From: Octopus bimaculoides | Lineage: Eukaryota | Direction of reading: 5' to 3' | NCBI RefSeq assembly: GCF_001194135.2 | Contig: NC_068993.1 | Location: 52,974,565-53,038,564 of the forward strand | Length of the DNA stretch: 64,000 bases | Part shown: positions 12,135-26,500 of the stretch, piece after piece | Layout of the letters: each line of letters starts with the position of its first letter | Numbering within the stretch: position 1 is the first letter of the stretch | Notes under the pieces: model-generated | Seen by the model: the letters and a program-made list of their open reading frames with translations, nothing else | Database searches by the model: none | Told to the model about the DNA's origin: nothing | Translations under genes and position numbers: made by a program

Positions 12135-14319
12135 CAATTCCCCAAGGAGACACTATTATCCAGGTCAAAGACCACAAAGTTAAAAGTCTCTACTACAAAC
12201 TCTAGTGAGAGTTTAATGAGTTGGGATGTAGAAATCATGCAGGAGAGGTTTGTTGAGGAAGAAAGAATGCTGCTAACAAATTAGAGTAAGACAGTACAGA
12301 ACTGAACTATAAACTGTAGTTGTTGCTCATTAACCCAGGTCAGCCATGACCATCCCATCAACTTATAACACTATAGAAGTACATTATCTAATCTGTCCTT
12401 CCTTTATTTATTTTTTTTTTTATCTAGTTTCAGCCCAGGAGCTGTGGCTATGCTGGGGCACCGCCATTTATGCAAACCTTTTGTTATCATATTTCTCATG
12501 AAATGCATTACCTTTATCTCAACTTCTAAAATAATGACATATTTAGGAAAATAACTTTGTTGTTATTAAAGCTAGTGTTTGAAGCATAAGGTCACATAAA
12601 ACTGATGCAAGCTTTTCATTTAGCTCACTTTAAATAGAAAGTTTCTATCTTAGAACTAGGGACAGTCTCAAGTAGCAGGGAGAGGATTAAGATAGTAATA
12701 TGTGATCTGAGAGAGATTTCTCTAACATTTCTGGAATGAACAAATACACTCTTGTTGGCTTGTTGATAAGGTCTAGTTTTTTTCAGCTCAGGTGATTTAC
12801 ATTCAACTATGTATGTACACTACATGTTGAATTAATACATTGATTATAAGCTAACTACACATCATTACCCCATTTATCCTAGTTCATATTAGAATAAGGC
12901 AGTATCATCATCACCACCATCATCATTATTTTATATCTGCTTTTCATGCAGGCATAGTTTGAATAGTTGTCACAATCCAAAGTTTTTAAACAGAATTACT
13001 GCCTTCCTACACAGCTCAAAAGACCCCATTCACCCATATATTTCATCTTTTGGTGGCTTGGACACTCTTCTTAACTACTACCTTCTCTACATAATGTCCT
13101 GGATGCATTTTATGTCAGCACCAGCATCAGAGAGGTTGTCATTTCTTTGACAAAATTGTCCTTTCAACCATAAATTTCTCTATTCATTCACCAAAATCTA
13201 TACAGGGTGTATTGGGCATACAGACATACCTCAACTTATGTCATTTCAAATTACATCTTTTTTTTTTAAAGAAATTAATGGAATAAATAAACCTCAGCTT
13301 CGGTCAGTGTATCTGACTTTACATCAATCTCAGCAAATGTTTTTAAAAAATTTTAAAAAAGAAATCATCTAGAAACCAACACTGAAGTGGAAAATTACAT
13401 AAAATATGTACACACCATTTATTGAAACACATGAGTAATAAATTCTTTAAAATGATTTTTTGTGGTATGTAATTTTTCAAGTCACATGTCTTGGAATCAA
13501 TTACCAACATAAGGTTCTACCTTACATCTGTAATTAGTATGCCTGTATTTTTATCATGGCACCAGTGCTCATGAGATTGCCTGGTATCTCAAAAGATTAA
13601 AGAGTCCTTGCTAACTACTCTCTGGTGTGTTCATTCGCTCAAGGCAAGTGACCAAGAATGTTGATAGAAAAGTGAGCTATAGGGGAAGAACCAGGATGGG
13701 TGGGTGGAGATAGCATGAGTACAGTGGTAAAAACAGAATGATTGGGATGATAGTGGGGTGAAGATGGACTTTATTTATTTAAAATTTACTTTTTGCAGAA
13801 ATAATAATTTTTTTTTTTTTCATCTTTAGTAATTAGAATATTTATTTTTCACTTTCATCATAAAAGCTTCTTTCATTAATAAAGTTAATAACTTACATCT
13901 CAGGATTTTCTCTCCCTCCCTTACAGTATATATATTTTTTCCCTTCCACCTTACTGTCTCTTCACCCCCAACTATCTTCTAGAACTGACTGTAAGCAAAA
14001 CTGAGGAATGTGGAATTTTCCAGACAGTTCTTAATGATAGGATAAAAGCATATTTGTTAAAGTTACAGGCCAACTTCTGTTGCTGCCTGCAGCTGGTAAG
14101 ACATCTTCATTGGTGTCTTAGTTTATGGAATGTCTTCAGATCTATTAATGCCATCATCCAAATGTCATCTTCAGGCTAATTAAGAAACATCTATAAGTCA
14201 CACAGTAGATATTTGTTCTATCTTTTACAGCCAACTTTCAGTACAAAGTATTTTCATTTTACCAATGCCTTCAGTATATTTTCTTTCCTTTTATTGCATT
14301 CTCTCTTTCTGTTCTATGA

Positions 14320-14545
14320 CCCTTTTGATACCAACCCACCTGAGATTGTCCCTGGTTCTATGATATAAACTTCCTGTTTTAAAGTAAACTAAATGAAAAC
14401 CTTCCATGAAAGTTTCATGCCAATTTATGTTCCAACCACTAACTTAATAATGACAAAATTATTTTTATAAATTCTTCATTATTGTCAAAATTAATTCAAA
14501 ACAAAAGTTGTGTATTACAACAAACATATGGTAACAAAAGGAATA
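14320..14545. mobile_element. Recurrent ~220-bp MITE-like family (AACCCTTTTGATACC...AAAAGGGTT ends)
   Basis: Copies near 31190-31420, 39940-40120, 42633-42755, 43330-43520, 47220-47400, 48975-49190, 51860-52010; superfamily not determined. Confidence 0.65.
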
Positions 14546-16924
14546 ACAAGATAATGGTAGATTTCGTTCTTGAAATTCTTTTTATCGCTTTGTTGTCATC
14601 ATTTTAGTTTCGACACAAGGTCAAAACGTTTGGGGGAGGTTATAAGTCAATTACATTGACCCCAGTGCTCAACTGATGCTTATTTTGTCGATCTTGGTGG
14701 AATTTGAACTCAGAACATACAGACAAATGAAATGCTGCTAAGCATTTTGCCTGGCATGCTGATTCTACCAGTTCACCAACTTCTTTGTTATCATTATATT
14801 GCATGCACCTCTTTAACTGTTTGATTATATCAATTATAGTAGGATTGTCTTTATCATATCTTCTTGAAGTAACAATATTGCATCAGTTCCAACAAGATTT
14901 GACTTAGTTTTAAACCTCACTTGAGCTGTAGGACTCATAAGGTCAGGTTTTAACTCAGTTCCCATAGCATATAAGTGACTGAGATTACAACACTCCCTAC
15001 CCCTGGACAGGATGTCAATCCCTCACAGAGTTTTAACTTCCCAGCTAATGCTGGAACTCATTTACAGCTGAGTGGACTCTTTTTTAATCCAGTGGCTTTT
15101 CAAATCTTTTTCTCCTCTCTTTTATTTCTCTTTTACTTGTTTCAGTCATTTGACTGCGGCCATGCTGGAGCACCGCCTTACAATTTTTTTTTTTAAGGAG
15201 TTGTTATATCATTATTGTGATTACCATCATCATGTTAATATCCACTTTTCTATACTTGCATGGTTTAGACAGAACTTATTGAGGCAAATTTTCTGTGGCT
15301 GGATGTCCTGTCAATAACCCTCGCCTGTTTTACAAACAAGGTGATATTGCCCCATAGCTGGATGGATATGTTTTCCTGAAAGATTGGAAACAAATAACAC
15401 TGTTTGTGAGAAGGTTACACTTATTTACAATTACAATTTCAGCATCTAATTCCACCCTTCACTTTTCTGCCAAGTTCTGCCAGTGTTAATAAGTACCAGT
15501 TATATGCTGATGTCATTCCATTTGAGTATAACCCTTTTCTTATGACTTAGCTTACTGAAACAATAGGGTTTCTACATAGTTGCTCATTCTCCTAGAAATA
15601 ACAGTCAAAATGTCCTCAAACCACACCCTGCCATCTAAACAAAAGATATACCTAATACTGTAATTTGGGTTACAAATGCTTAAAAATTTATACCAAAGAG
15701 AACAAAAACAAGATGGTCATAAACAAAATGTGTTTGTTCACAAGATCAGGGTTGACTCGTAGCTAAAAAAACAAAAGCAAAAGATCAAAAATTATTTGCT
15801 GCCATAGTTTTTCACCCAATTCACATCCTGTTCTTGTTCCAGATGAATATTTATATATTTTCTGAAATTCAGGTGTGTTTTAGATGTCCTCTCTAATTAC
15901 CATATGAATGAGCCTAATTTCTGACACTCTTAAATATGCAGATTATATGGCATGATGATAGTGACGACGACAAAAATTACTCTTGTTTATATTTTTCCAA
16001 TGTAATGTTTAATGTTGAAGGAACAAGAAAACCAACATCCAACATAATTACATTGACACTCATGTATATATATATGTATGCATGCTAATGCATGACCCAC
16101 GTTGGGCTCCTCACTTGTATCATTATTGAGCCTGGAGCTTAACCATAGCCTATCCATCGCACTTACTTAGTGTTTACTCGTTGATCGGATCATCTGGATC
16201 CCTCGTCGTTATAACCGACAGAGTGTCACAATAGCTATAATATAGATGATAGGTGATTGAAATTGTTTGCAAGTGCTTGGTTGTGTGGTTAAGAAGGTTG
16301 CACATGGTTTCAGGTTCAGTCCCATTGTGCAGCATCTTGAGCAAGTGTCTACTAATATTACCCTGGGCTGACCAATGTCTTGTAATTGAATATGGGAAAT
16401 GAAAACCCATTTCGTGAGTGTGTGTGTGTATTTATGTCTCCTTGTCATGGCATTGCTCAATAGTTGTAAACAAGTGTCGCAACTGTACAAGTGATATTGT
16501 TCGTTTCCAGTCTTCCATGAAAATATGTCCAGCCATGGGAGAAACATTACCTTGCAAATAGGTGAAGGTCGGTAGTAAGAAGCATATCTGTGTGTGTGTG
16601 TGTGTGTGCGTGCATTCGTGTGTGTGTGTGAGTGCATGCATGTGTGTGTGTGTCTCCTTGTTTTGACATCATGTGATTGTTGTAAAGGAGGGTCACTATC
16701 ATACAAGCAGTGTTGCTCATTTGCCATATTTTGTGAGAACTCATCTGCTGATGGAGAAATATTACCTTACTTGGAAACAAGTGGAAGTTGACAATAAGGA
16801 CATTCAGTCACAGAAAGTCACCCTCATTAAACTCTGTCAAGACCCATGTAAGCATGATAAAGTGGATGGAACCCTTACCTTGCTCGACATATCTCCAAGA
16901 AACTGCTCAGAAATGTGCAAGATG

Positions 16925-17280
16925 AATACCCACCATCAGGCATCTACCATACTCTGAATGTCTTGCTTCCCTGGGCATGGTCACATTAATGTTCCAGCAT
17001 CTGGAAACTGTCTTGGTAGACAACCATAAGATTATTCACCCTCTTTCCAACAACAACCTTGGGCACTTTTTTGAATTCCATATGTCAAGCACTCATGGAC
17101 ATGCTTACAAAATAAAAAAAACAACACAGCACCCATGACTTTCAGAAACTATTTTTTTTTCATGCTCAGAATTGCTGAAGCAGGGAATAAACTACCTGCA
17201 TTAGTTGTTAGCTGTCAAGAGACTACATCCTTCAAAACTTCCATGCTTCCTGAAATTCACCAACAGTACACTTGATACCC
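16925..17280 (+). mobile_element. CR1-like LINE 3' fragment
   Basis: IRHLPYSE.LASLG...RKxFFxLRxAEAxNKLPAxVVSC; second copy at 22665-23000. Confidence 0.7.
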
Positions 17281-18300
17281 AGCCCACCACAACCCCATTC
17301 CTCGTTTTTTTTTCCTTTTTTTTTTTGACTTTTCACTGATCACTTCCTGTGCATATTCTATGTACTGTTCATAAAGTTTTGGTTACTTTTTCTAATGAGT
17401 TGTTGTGCACATGATCACTATATGCAATAAGTTCATATATTATGTTTTTTATATACAAGCTTTTTTTATATCCAATGCAAAGTTACAAATACAGAAACTC
17501 CATTGTTAATAACATTTAGTGGTTATTTATTTTTAGATTGACATTGTAGGGTAAGTGCAAGAGGCCAGATGTAGCTGGTTTGAACATAAAACAGGTAGAA
17601 TATTTGGGTCAAATACGGTCAGTTTAAATGCTAAGGGGCTATTCAGAAAAGGTTTTGGAAGAAATTTTCCAAGCATACCTTTAGCTTCTTTAGTTTCCCA
17701 AAGCTGCTCTGAGAAATGTTACATCTCTCACTGTATGGTATTTTAGAAAAAATACTATTGCACCCTAATATTCTTTAAGAAACTACACATAGTATCTATA
17801 AGAGGTTACATGTAGCTTGTGAGCCTCAGTTTAGCCACTGTTGCTATGCCCTGGTGATATAGTAAGTTAGCAACAAAATGAGACTACATTTTCATATGGA
17901 ATTATTTTTTCATCTTGTTTCACTTAGTGGATTGCAACCATGCTGGGGTATCACATGGTTCTTTTTATTTTTAAGTCTGGTACATATTCTTTCTGATACT
18001 TTTGCTAAACTGCTAAGTTACAGAGACATAGACAAACCAATACTGGTTGTTAAGTAGTACAGAGACAAACACATGCACACATATGTATGAATGACGGACT
18101 TCCGCATAGTTTTTATCTACTAAATTCACTCACAGGGCATTGGTCATCTCTTCTTAACCACAACTATTCCTGCACCTGTCAACTTCTCATCTGTTTATTA
18201 TTTACATTTTTTTTTACGCATCAAACTTTTCCTTTATGACAGCACCTTATTTTCTTCCATTCTGTAACAAATTATTGATTACTTTATTATTTCCTTTCAG

Positions 18301-18425
18301 ATTTCACCAAGCCTTCTATTACTTCATCTAAGTTGAATGACAGTGTATCAGAACTCGTGTTGGACATTGGAGAAAACCTCACTCTTACCTGTACAGGTAC
18401 CAGACCAGTAAAATGGGAAATTCCA
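18301..18425 (+). CDS. VEGFR: VEGFR exon, Ig1 N-half
   Basis: tttcctttcag|AT...CCA|gtaagt; (D)[41 protein letters not shown]; phase 1 to 0. Confidence 0.9.
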
Positions 18426-20485
18426 GTAAGTTTCCTTTATGGATTTAATTTCACCTTCTTAACTCCATCCAGGATTGTGACAATGGGCTAGCCTAAGGGT
18501 AAATGTTATCTCATTGTAGTTTTAGATCAGGCGTGGACAACCTTTTTTGTGAAGCAGGCCACATGAGATATGGCTCATCATTAGATTGGCTCCAGTACTA
18601 AAAAAAATTCAAGGTAATTTTTCATTAGGCATGCCATTCAGAAAGTCCCCAAGGTCAACTTTGCCTTTCAACCTTTCAGGATCGATTAAATAAATGCCAG
18701 TTACACACTGGGGTTGATGTAATCAACTTAATCCCTTCCCCCAAATGTGAAGCCTTGTGCTTCCAGTAGAAAGGATTATTATTATTATGTCACATTTCTT
18801 ATTTCCTCATGATATATGAACTTACTTTATTTTGCTAATTTTATAACCTTAAGACTGACTTGGGGTGTGAGGCAGGATAATTCAAAAGAAAAATTCTTAT
18901 ACAAGTTTGGTTTTTTTCTTCTAATTTTAAATTTTCTATATTTTATAGCACATTAACAGGCAGGGAACTACCATCATTATAAGTAAATCCGATGACGACC
19001 TTGAGGTTAATGCTACAATGACCAGTGCTACATATGCTGACACTGGTAAGTTTACATGCACTTACAGAAGGACGCTGTGGCTGAGAGCAGATGTTTACAT
19101 TTACTTTAGAGGTAAGTACTAAATTGGTTTGTCATTCTGTTCCTAACTAACTCATCACTCTTCGTAATGGCCTATTCCACTGAGCTGGAGTGGTACACTC
19201 ACATTGCAGTTCCTACATGTTGTATTTGGAGGAAATTATTGTATATAATATGGCTTTAACTGTTCTATTATTTTCATGAGCACACTGTTTTGGTATTGAG
19301 AAGGTGATAATGATAATGAATGAAAATGACGATGATGATGATGAATTATTTTAGCTGACAAGAGAGATAAAGGTAATGAAATTCATGATTTTCATATCTT
19401 TCCCATGGATCATCATCATCATCATCGTCGTTTAACGTCCGCTTTCCATGCTAGCATGGGTTGGACGATTTGACTGAGGACTGGTGAAACCGGATGGCAA
19501 CACCAGGCTCCAATCCAATTTGGCAGAGTTTCTACAGCTGGATGCCCTTCCTAACGCCAACCACTCAGAGAGTGTAGTGGGTGCTTTTACGTGTCACCTG
19601 CACAAAAACGGCCACGCTTGAAATGGTGTTTTTTATGTGCCACCAGCACAAGAATCGGCAACGATCTCGCTCGAAAAACCTCATGTGTCACCTGCACAAG
19701 AGCCGGCCCAGGGGCGTCTATTTTAATAGAGTTGTAATGTGTTGTATCAGCAGGTTAATTCCTCACCATCTAGCGCTTGAGAACCTTCATGTGAGTCTGT
19801 CCTGTTTTCCTTCCTTCTTCCCGCTAGTCAAGGAGGCTCTGGAAAAGAACTGAACCTGAAACCATGGGGTTAGTAGAGAATTGATAGAATGATACAAAAT
19901 ACATGTCTTGTTGTGTTAGATTACCCCCAGATAGATGGATTTTACCTCCGATAGAGTATATTGTGATTGATTCCATTAACTCTGCTCTTCCTCTGTAGAT
20001 TTCTGGCCTGGTATCAGAGAAATTGTTGTTGTTGTTGTTGTTGTTGAGGAGACGGAGCAGCTGACAGAATCATTGGCACACCGAGAAAAATGCTTGGTGG
20101 CATTCTGTCCATCACTACATTCTGAGTTCAAATTCCACTGAGGTCAACTTTGCCTTTCTTCTTTTTGGTACCCAGTTGCACAATGGGATCGATGTAATCA
20201 ACTAGCCTCTTCCTCCCCCAAAAATTCAGGCCTTGTGCTTTTTATAGGAAGGATTATTATTATTATTATTCAGGTGGCAAGCTGACAGAATCATTAACTC
20301 AATGGACAAAATGCTTAGCGGTATTTCTCCCATTGCTACATTCTGGGTTCAAATTCTGCCGAGGTCGATTTTGCCTTTCATCATTTTGGGGTCGATAAAT
20401 TAAGTACCAGTGAAACACTGGATTTGATCTAAACAACTTACCTCCCGCCCCTACAATTTTAGGCCTTGTACCTTTAGTAGAAAGG

Positions 20486-20517
<32 letters not shown>

Positions 20518-23500
20518 GGTGTCAAGCTGGCAGAATTGTTAGCACACCAGACAAAATGCTTAGCGGCATTTTGTCTGTCTTCATGTTGTAAGTTCTGATT
20601 CAGCTGAGGTTGACTTTGCCTTTCATCCTTTTGGGATTGATAAAATAAAGTACCAGTTGAGCACTGGGGGAGATATAATCAACCAGTTCCCTCTTCCAAA
20701 ATTTTTTGGCCTAGTAGAAAGGATCATTATCATCATCACCATGGTGATGGATTGACAGAATGATTAAAATGTCAGACAATATGCCTTGCAGCACTTCTGA
20801 CTCTACAATCTGAAATCAAATCCGACTGAGATCAACTTTGCCCTTTCATGCTTTCAGGGTGGATAACATAAAGTATCAGTTGATTACTGAGGTTCGTGGT
20901 ATTCACTAACTCTTCTCCTCAACATTGTTGGCCTCATGCCTAAATCAGTAATCATTAATTTTTATTTATTGTTAGTTACTCTTTTTACATGCTCTTCCAT
21001 GTAATTCTTCAGCATATCATCCTGTACTGTTCCCCATGTTTTTTATGATTAATAAAGAAAAAAAATCATCATCGTCATCATCATCATCATCATCATCAAT
21101 ATTATTATTAGGCAGTGAGCTGGCAGAATGCTTAGCAGTATTTCATCCTTTACGTTCTGAGTTCAAATTCCACCAAAGTTGACTTTGCTTTTCATCCTTC
21201 CAGGGTCAATAAAATAAGTACCAGTTGAACATTATGTTTGATGTAATTGATTTATCCCCCTCCCCTGAAACTGCTTCTCTTGTGCTAAAATTTAAAACCC
21301 CAGGACAATTTTGCCTTTCGTCCTTTCGGGGTCAATAAATTAAGTACCAGTGAAACACTGAGGTCAATTAAACCATCTGTCCCCTCCCCAAAAATTTCAG
21401 GCCTTGTGCCAACAATAGAAAGGATTATTATTATTTACCTTTCATCCTTCTGGGGTCAATAAATTAAGTACCACTGAAAAACTGGGGTCAATGTAATTGA
21501 CAAATCCCCTCCTCCAGAATAGCTGCCCTTGTGGCAAAATTTGAAACCATTATTATTATTATTCATTAGTCTTATTTTTATCACGTTCTTTCATTGCTCA
21601 ACCAAGCACAGCTCTGTGTATCTTGGGTATGTGCTGTGGTTTGCTTTGGTGTTGCTATTTCTTGCTAATTTTTAGGATGTGTGCAGTACCTAGTAGTGCC
21701 ATTTTTTGTATGTAATATATATTTGTTATATTCATAAGTCCTGGTATTTTGGTTATGTATTTGTCTGTATTTTTTTTAACCATACCTAATGCACCTGTTG
21801 TTATCGGGATTGTTTCTGTTTTTCAGCTCCACATTCAAGTTATCTCTATTTCCAAATCTTTGCATTTTGAGAATTTTTTCCTTTCCTTTTAGAGATACAT
21901 TGTCAGCTTTTGGAATGGATACATCAATTAGAAGGCTTTTTTTTCTTGATAGTCTCTGACAACTATACCCAACGTCTTAGCCTTGATCTCTCTATCTGTG
22001 TATATTGGTATATCCTAGAGTATCATTGCTTTATTATCATTATTATTATTATAAATATTATTATTTATTTATTTATATTTCAGATCCAGATAACTTCTTT
22101 GTTGAAAGTATTATATTCAGTCATGTGGTCAGCCTTAAAACAGGATACTTCAGATGCCTAGTGACAGACCCTAATATCAAAGTGAGCCTACAGAAGCATG
22201 ACAAACTTGTTGAACTTAGCAAAAACCTCCAGTATGACCCAAAAATGGGTTTTGTAATTAAAAGACCAACAGTGCTGTACACTGGCAGTTTTACATGTAT
22301 TGGGGAACTCAACAATAAAACTCAAAAAGTAGCTGTGCACAGCACTTTTCAGGGTGAGTTGGTGTTATTTGTTGACTACTTTATATATTCAGTCTCTTAG
22401 ATTTCGATCCAAATAGTATCATGCCAGCCATAAACTAGAAGTAGGATCGAAAATTCTTATTGGTAACGTTGTCAAGTGTTTTGTACAAATTCAGTATTTG
22501 TATATTTCAAGCTATGCTACAAATACAACATTATTTTCCGTAGATACTGGTATGGTTGTGTGGTTAAGAAGATTGCTCTAAAGCCATGTGGTCTTGAGTT
22601 CAGTCCTACTGCATGGCATCTTGGGGAAATGTTTTTTACTATAATATGCAACCAAGTGAACACCCTCCATCAGGCATCTACCATGCTCTGAATGCCTTGC
22701 TTCCCTGGACAAGGATCCATTGAAACTCAACGTCTGGCAACTGACGTGGTAAACACCCACAAAATTATTAACCATCGTGCCAACAAACTTGAGCACCTTT
22801 TTGAATTCCATGTGTCTAACACACATGGGCATGTTACAAAGTCAAAAAATAGTACAGTTCCCATGATTTTCTGAAACATTTTTTTCACACTCAGAGTTGC
22901 TGAAGCATGAAACAAATTATCTGCATCAGTTGTTAGCTGCTGAGACATAGCATCCTTTAAAATCTCCATGCTTCCTGAAATTCACCAACACTACACCTGA
23001 TATCCCCTCACTCCATAAGCATCCACACATGTATATCATAACTCATACACTGTTCACTTTCCTGACATTTGTACATAATTCTATGTAATGTACATGCACT
23101 TTTGATAAGTTGTAGTGCACCTGAACACTGTACACAATAATTTCTTTATTATTATTATTAACCCAAAGCCAATCCAAGCCTTGTGAGTGGATTTAGTAGG
23201 CAGAAACTGAAAGGAGTTCATTGTGTGTGTGTGTGTGTGTGTGTGTTTATTCACATCATGCTCTTGGTATAAATGAGCATCGTCATCATACAAGTGTATT
23301 CCTTCATTTCCAGTCTTCCATGAAAACTTTTCCAGTCATTGGGAAATATTACCTTACTTAGAAACAGGCAAGATACAAAATTTGCCTCAAAGAATCCTAT
23401 CTGACCCATGCAAGCATGTAAAAGTGGAGGACATTAAAACAATGATGATATATGAATAATATTCCTAGTTATATAACTAACCAAAAAGACCATTATTCAT

Positions 23501-26500
23501 TAAAATACCCAGTCGATCGAGTTAATGCATATTACTATTAGAATATTGACTCTAAACCAAATACCAGGTAAGGAATAAACTTGTTGATCACACAGGTGCA
23601 ACTACATCTGCACTGTAGGTATTACAATAAACTCCATGTCTGAACATCATAAATACCACTTCATCACTTAGTAATAAGCATTGAGTATAGAGAGAGGTAT
23701 GAAATAGGAAAATATTTTCTTCAACATATGTATTCTTAGAAAATCTAAAATAAGTTAAAAACTCATTTAAAATAATTTCTTTTTAATGGAATGAAAACAC
23801 GAGAAATGAGAAGAGTAATTCATTAAGTCTCCTGTAACCATATTTCTGTTAAAATACTCTGCATTTGTTTCAATTCATTTTGGAGAATTTGGTAAAATAT
23901 TTTATCATTATTAATCTGTGGAGCTGACAGAATCGAATAAAGTGATTAGTAGCATTTTTATGGCTCTTTACATTCTGAGTTCAAATCGCAAGGCTAACTT
24001 TGCCTTTCATCATTTTGGGTTTGATAAAATAAAGTACTAGTCAAGTACTAAAGTCAGTATAATCAAGCACCCCCTTCCTAGTTGCTGGACTTATGCCAAA
24101 ATTTGATAAAAATTATTCATTTGGTGTTTAAAGAATTGAGCTGGTGGAATCATTAGCATGTTGTCAGTCAAAATGCTTACCAGCATTTCTTCCAAACCTT
24201 TATATTTTGAATCCAAATGTGAACATCACTTTTGCCTTTCATCCTTTTGGGATTAACAAAATAAAGTACCGGTGAAGTTCTAGGGTCAATATAATCAACT
24301 CCACGCGCGCACAGCAACATATATTACTGGCCTTGTGCCAAAATTTAAAACAATATTAATTGTTGTTTGAAGGAAAGTTTTAATTAATTTAGATTTCTTT
24401 GTATCATTTGAACCAGAGGTAACCTCAGGTGGGTTTGTATCAAAACAGCTAATTGATTAATTGTGAATTTCTTCTTTTTTTTTTTTTTTTTTTCTCTCCT
24501 CTTAGATAATCAAGAATTGACTCCTGAAATTATTGTACAAAGAACCAAGTATATGGTTAATGAAACAATCGAAATGAATTGCAGAGTTGAAGTTAACAAA
24601 CAGAGTGCGATACATATGGAATGGATTTTACCAAGTAATAAAGTAAGTAGCTTAAAAAACTTATTTCTATTATTCAGTTTTTAATCTATTATTTAACATC
24701 GTCATTGTTCTTATTATTACAGGGCAAAGTCTCTTCAATGGTTTGAAAAAACGTTTCAGTTTTACTTTTAATAACTTTATATTTATTATGTTTCTTATCT
24801 TTATTTATTTTTTTCCAGATTTTGCAAAACCTAAAGCACACACAAAAGGAAGAAAAAGAAATTAGATTCTAAAAAACTGAGTAATGCTTGGAGTTCTGCC
24901 TTGCACTGGTTTTAATCCCGATGCAAGGAGCTTAATCACTCAAGCTGACTGAGTGGTTTGTAAGAGAGTCAGACAATAAAACTCATTTTTCCAGGTGTCT
25001 GGACTGAACCCAAATTACAATGGTCACAGTAAATGGATATCCAATTAAAAATATGCAACATTTTGTTTTAGAGTTATTTGGACATTTAGTATTTGAAACA
25101 TTTTCCCTCTTCTGACAAAAGTAATGTTTCCTACATGAACATGTGGCCTTCATGTTAGCCTATCAATGAGAATCAATACCAATTTTTTTTTTTGAATTAT
25201 ACCCATTCTTGTTAGTTTGCTTATTTCTTCTAGTCAGTTTATCATCCAGTTAATCTCTCATCCACAAGTTCTGAAATTCAATACAGTCTATAATCGCTAA
25301 AAATTGGACTAAAGTTTATATATTTGCTCTGTTTTTAAAGATCACATTATATTATTATTTTAGTCAAGCAAAAAATTTGCTTAACTTTAGCTTTCTTTTT
25401 TATTTCACAAAATTCTTAAACTTTCAACAGTTTATAATATTGTTATATGATATGATGGCACCTGGAGAATATGATGTCATTAGAAGGTCATTTAAATGTG
25501 GTCTGGGAAATATCTGTGCTTTAGCTCGTGGCGGGGGATAAATAATACAAGCCAACGAAAGTGTCTCTAAGTGGTTACTGAGCATGTTAGAAACAGCAGC
25601 CAGATCTCCCTCAAATCAATCAAAACTCCACTATCTTCAACAAAGTTACATTCAAATAATTTGGCTTTTGACAGTCTTAAAAAGATGAGATGATCAATGC
25701 TGGAATGTTTTTGATTATAGATTTACTCAGTCAAGATTGATTTGAATCTAAACTACAAGTACATTTTTTTTTTTTTTTTTCATTCTAAGTACAAGGCCTG
25801 AAATTTTCTGGGAAGGGGCCAGTTGATTAGATCGACCTCAGTACACAACTAATACTTAATTTATCGACCCTGAAAGGGTGAAAGGCAAAGTTATATTCCC
25901 TGTTAACCTTCCTCTGATATCCCACCATAGTTAATTTTACCTTTCATCCTTTCATCGACAAAGTAACTAGTCAAGTACTAGGGTCAGTTTTATCAACTAG
26001 CTCCTTCCTTTCAAAACTGTTGGCCTTATTCCTAGATTAGAAACAATTTTTTATTTCCAATTTTATGTCTGTCATTTAAATAACATTTATTTCATTCTTT
26101 CTTTTTCTTTTTTCTTTTTTTGTATCTTTCTCCTCTTCCTTTAGGTAATTGTGGTTTGCAAATCTGATCAGGTAAAGTGCTGTTCCTGTCAGCAGTCAAT
26201 CCTTCAAAACTGCATTTTGTCATGCTCAACTATTTATTGTCGTAGTAGGTAGCAACATGGTGCAGAGTGTAGTCACCTAACAAGCAGAGAAACACACTTC
26301 ATTCATGTTGCTATTACCCTTCACAAAGACATAAATGGTACCAAGAAAAAAAAAAAAAAATTCTCCTCTCTTATGCTTCATGTCTTTATGAGAAATTGTT
26401 ATGAGGTACAATAAATTTTCAAGTGGGTTAGGTTCTAGATACTTACTTAGTCTCTCATCACTTCATATTTATTGTGTTTTGTTCACATACTAAACTATAC

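Noticed and set aside
16085-16250. CpG-rich 165-bp island, checked for ncRNA or ribozyme
   Set aside because: Resembles the head of another abundant octopus SINE-like repeat (from memory); no hammerhead core (CAGATGA, no GAAA).
20045-21560. CRISPR-like regular repeats (also the 40-bp array at 51433)
   Set aside because: Eukaryotic SINE copies and a minisatellite; no constant repeat with unique spacers, no cas genes.
23542-23567. Possible small exon ending CAG|GTAAGG
   Set aside because: 26 nt, frameshifting, with an immediate in-frame TGA and a weak acceptor.
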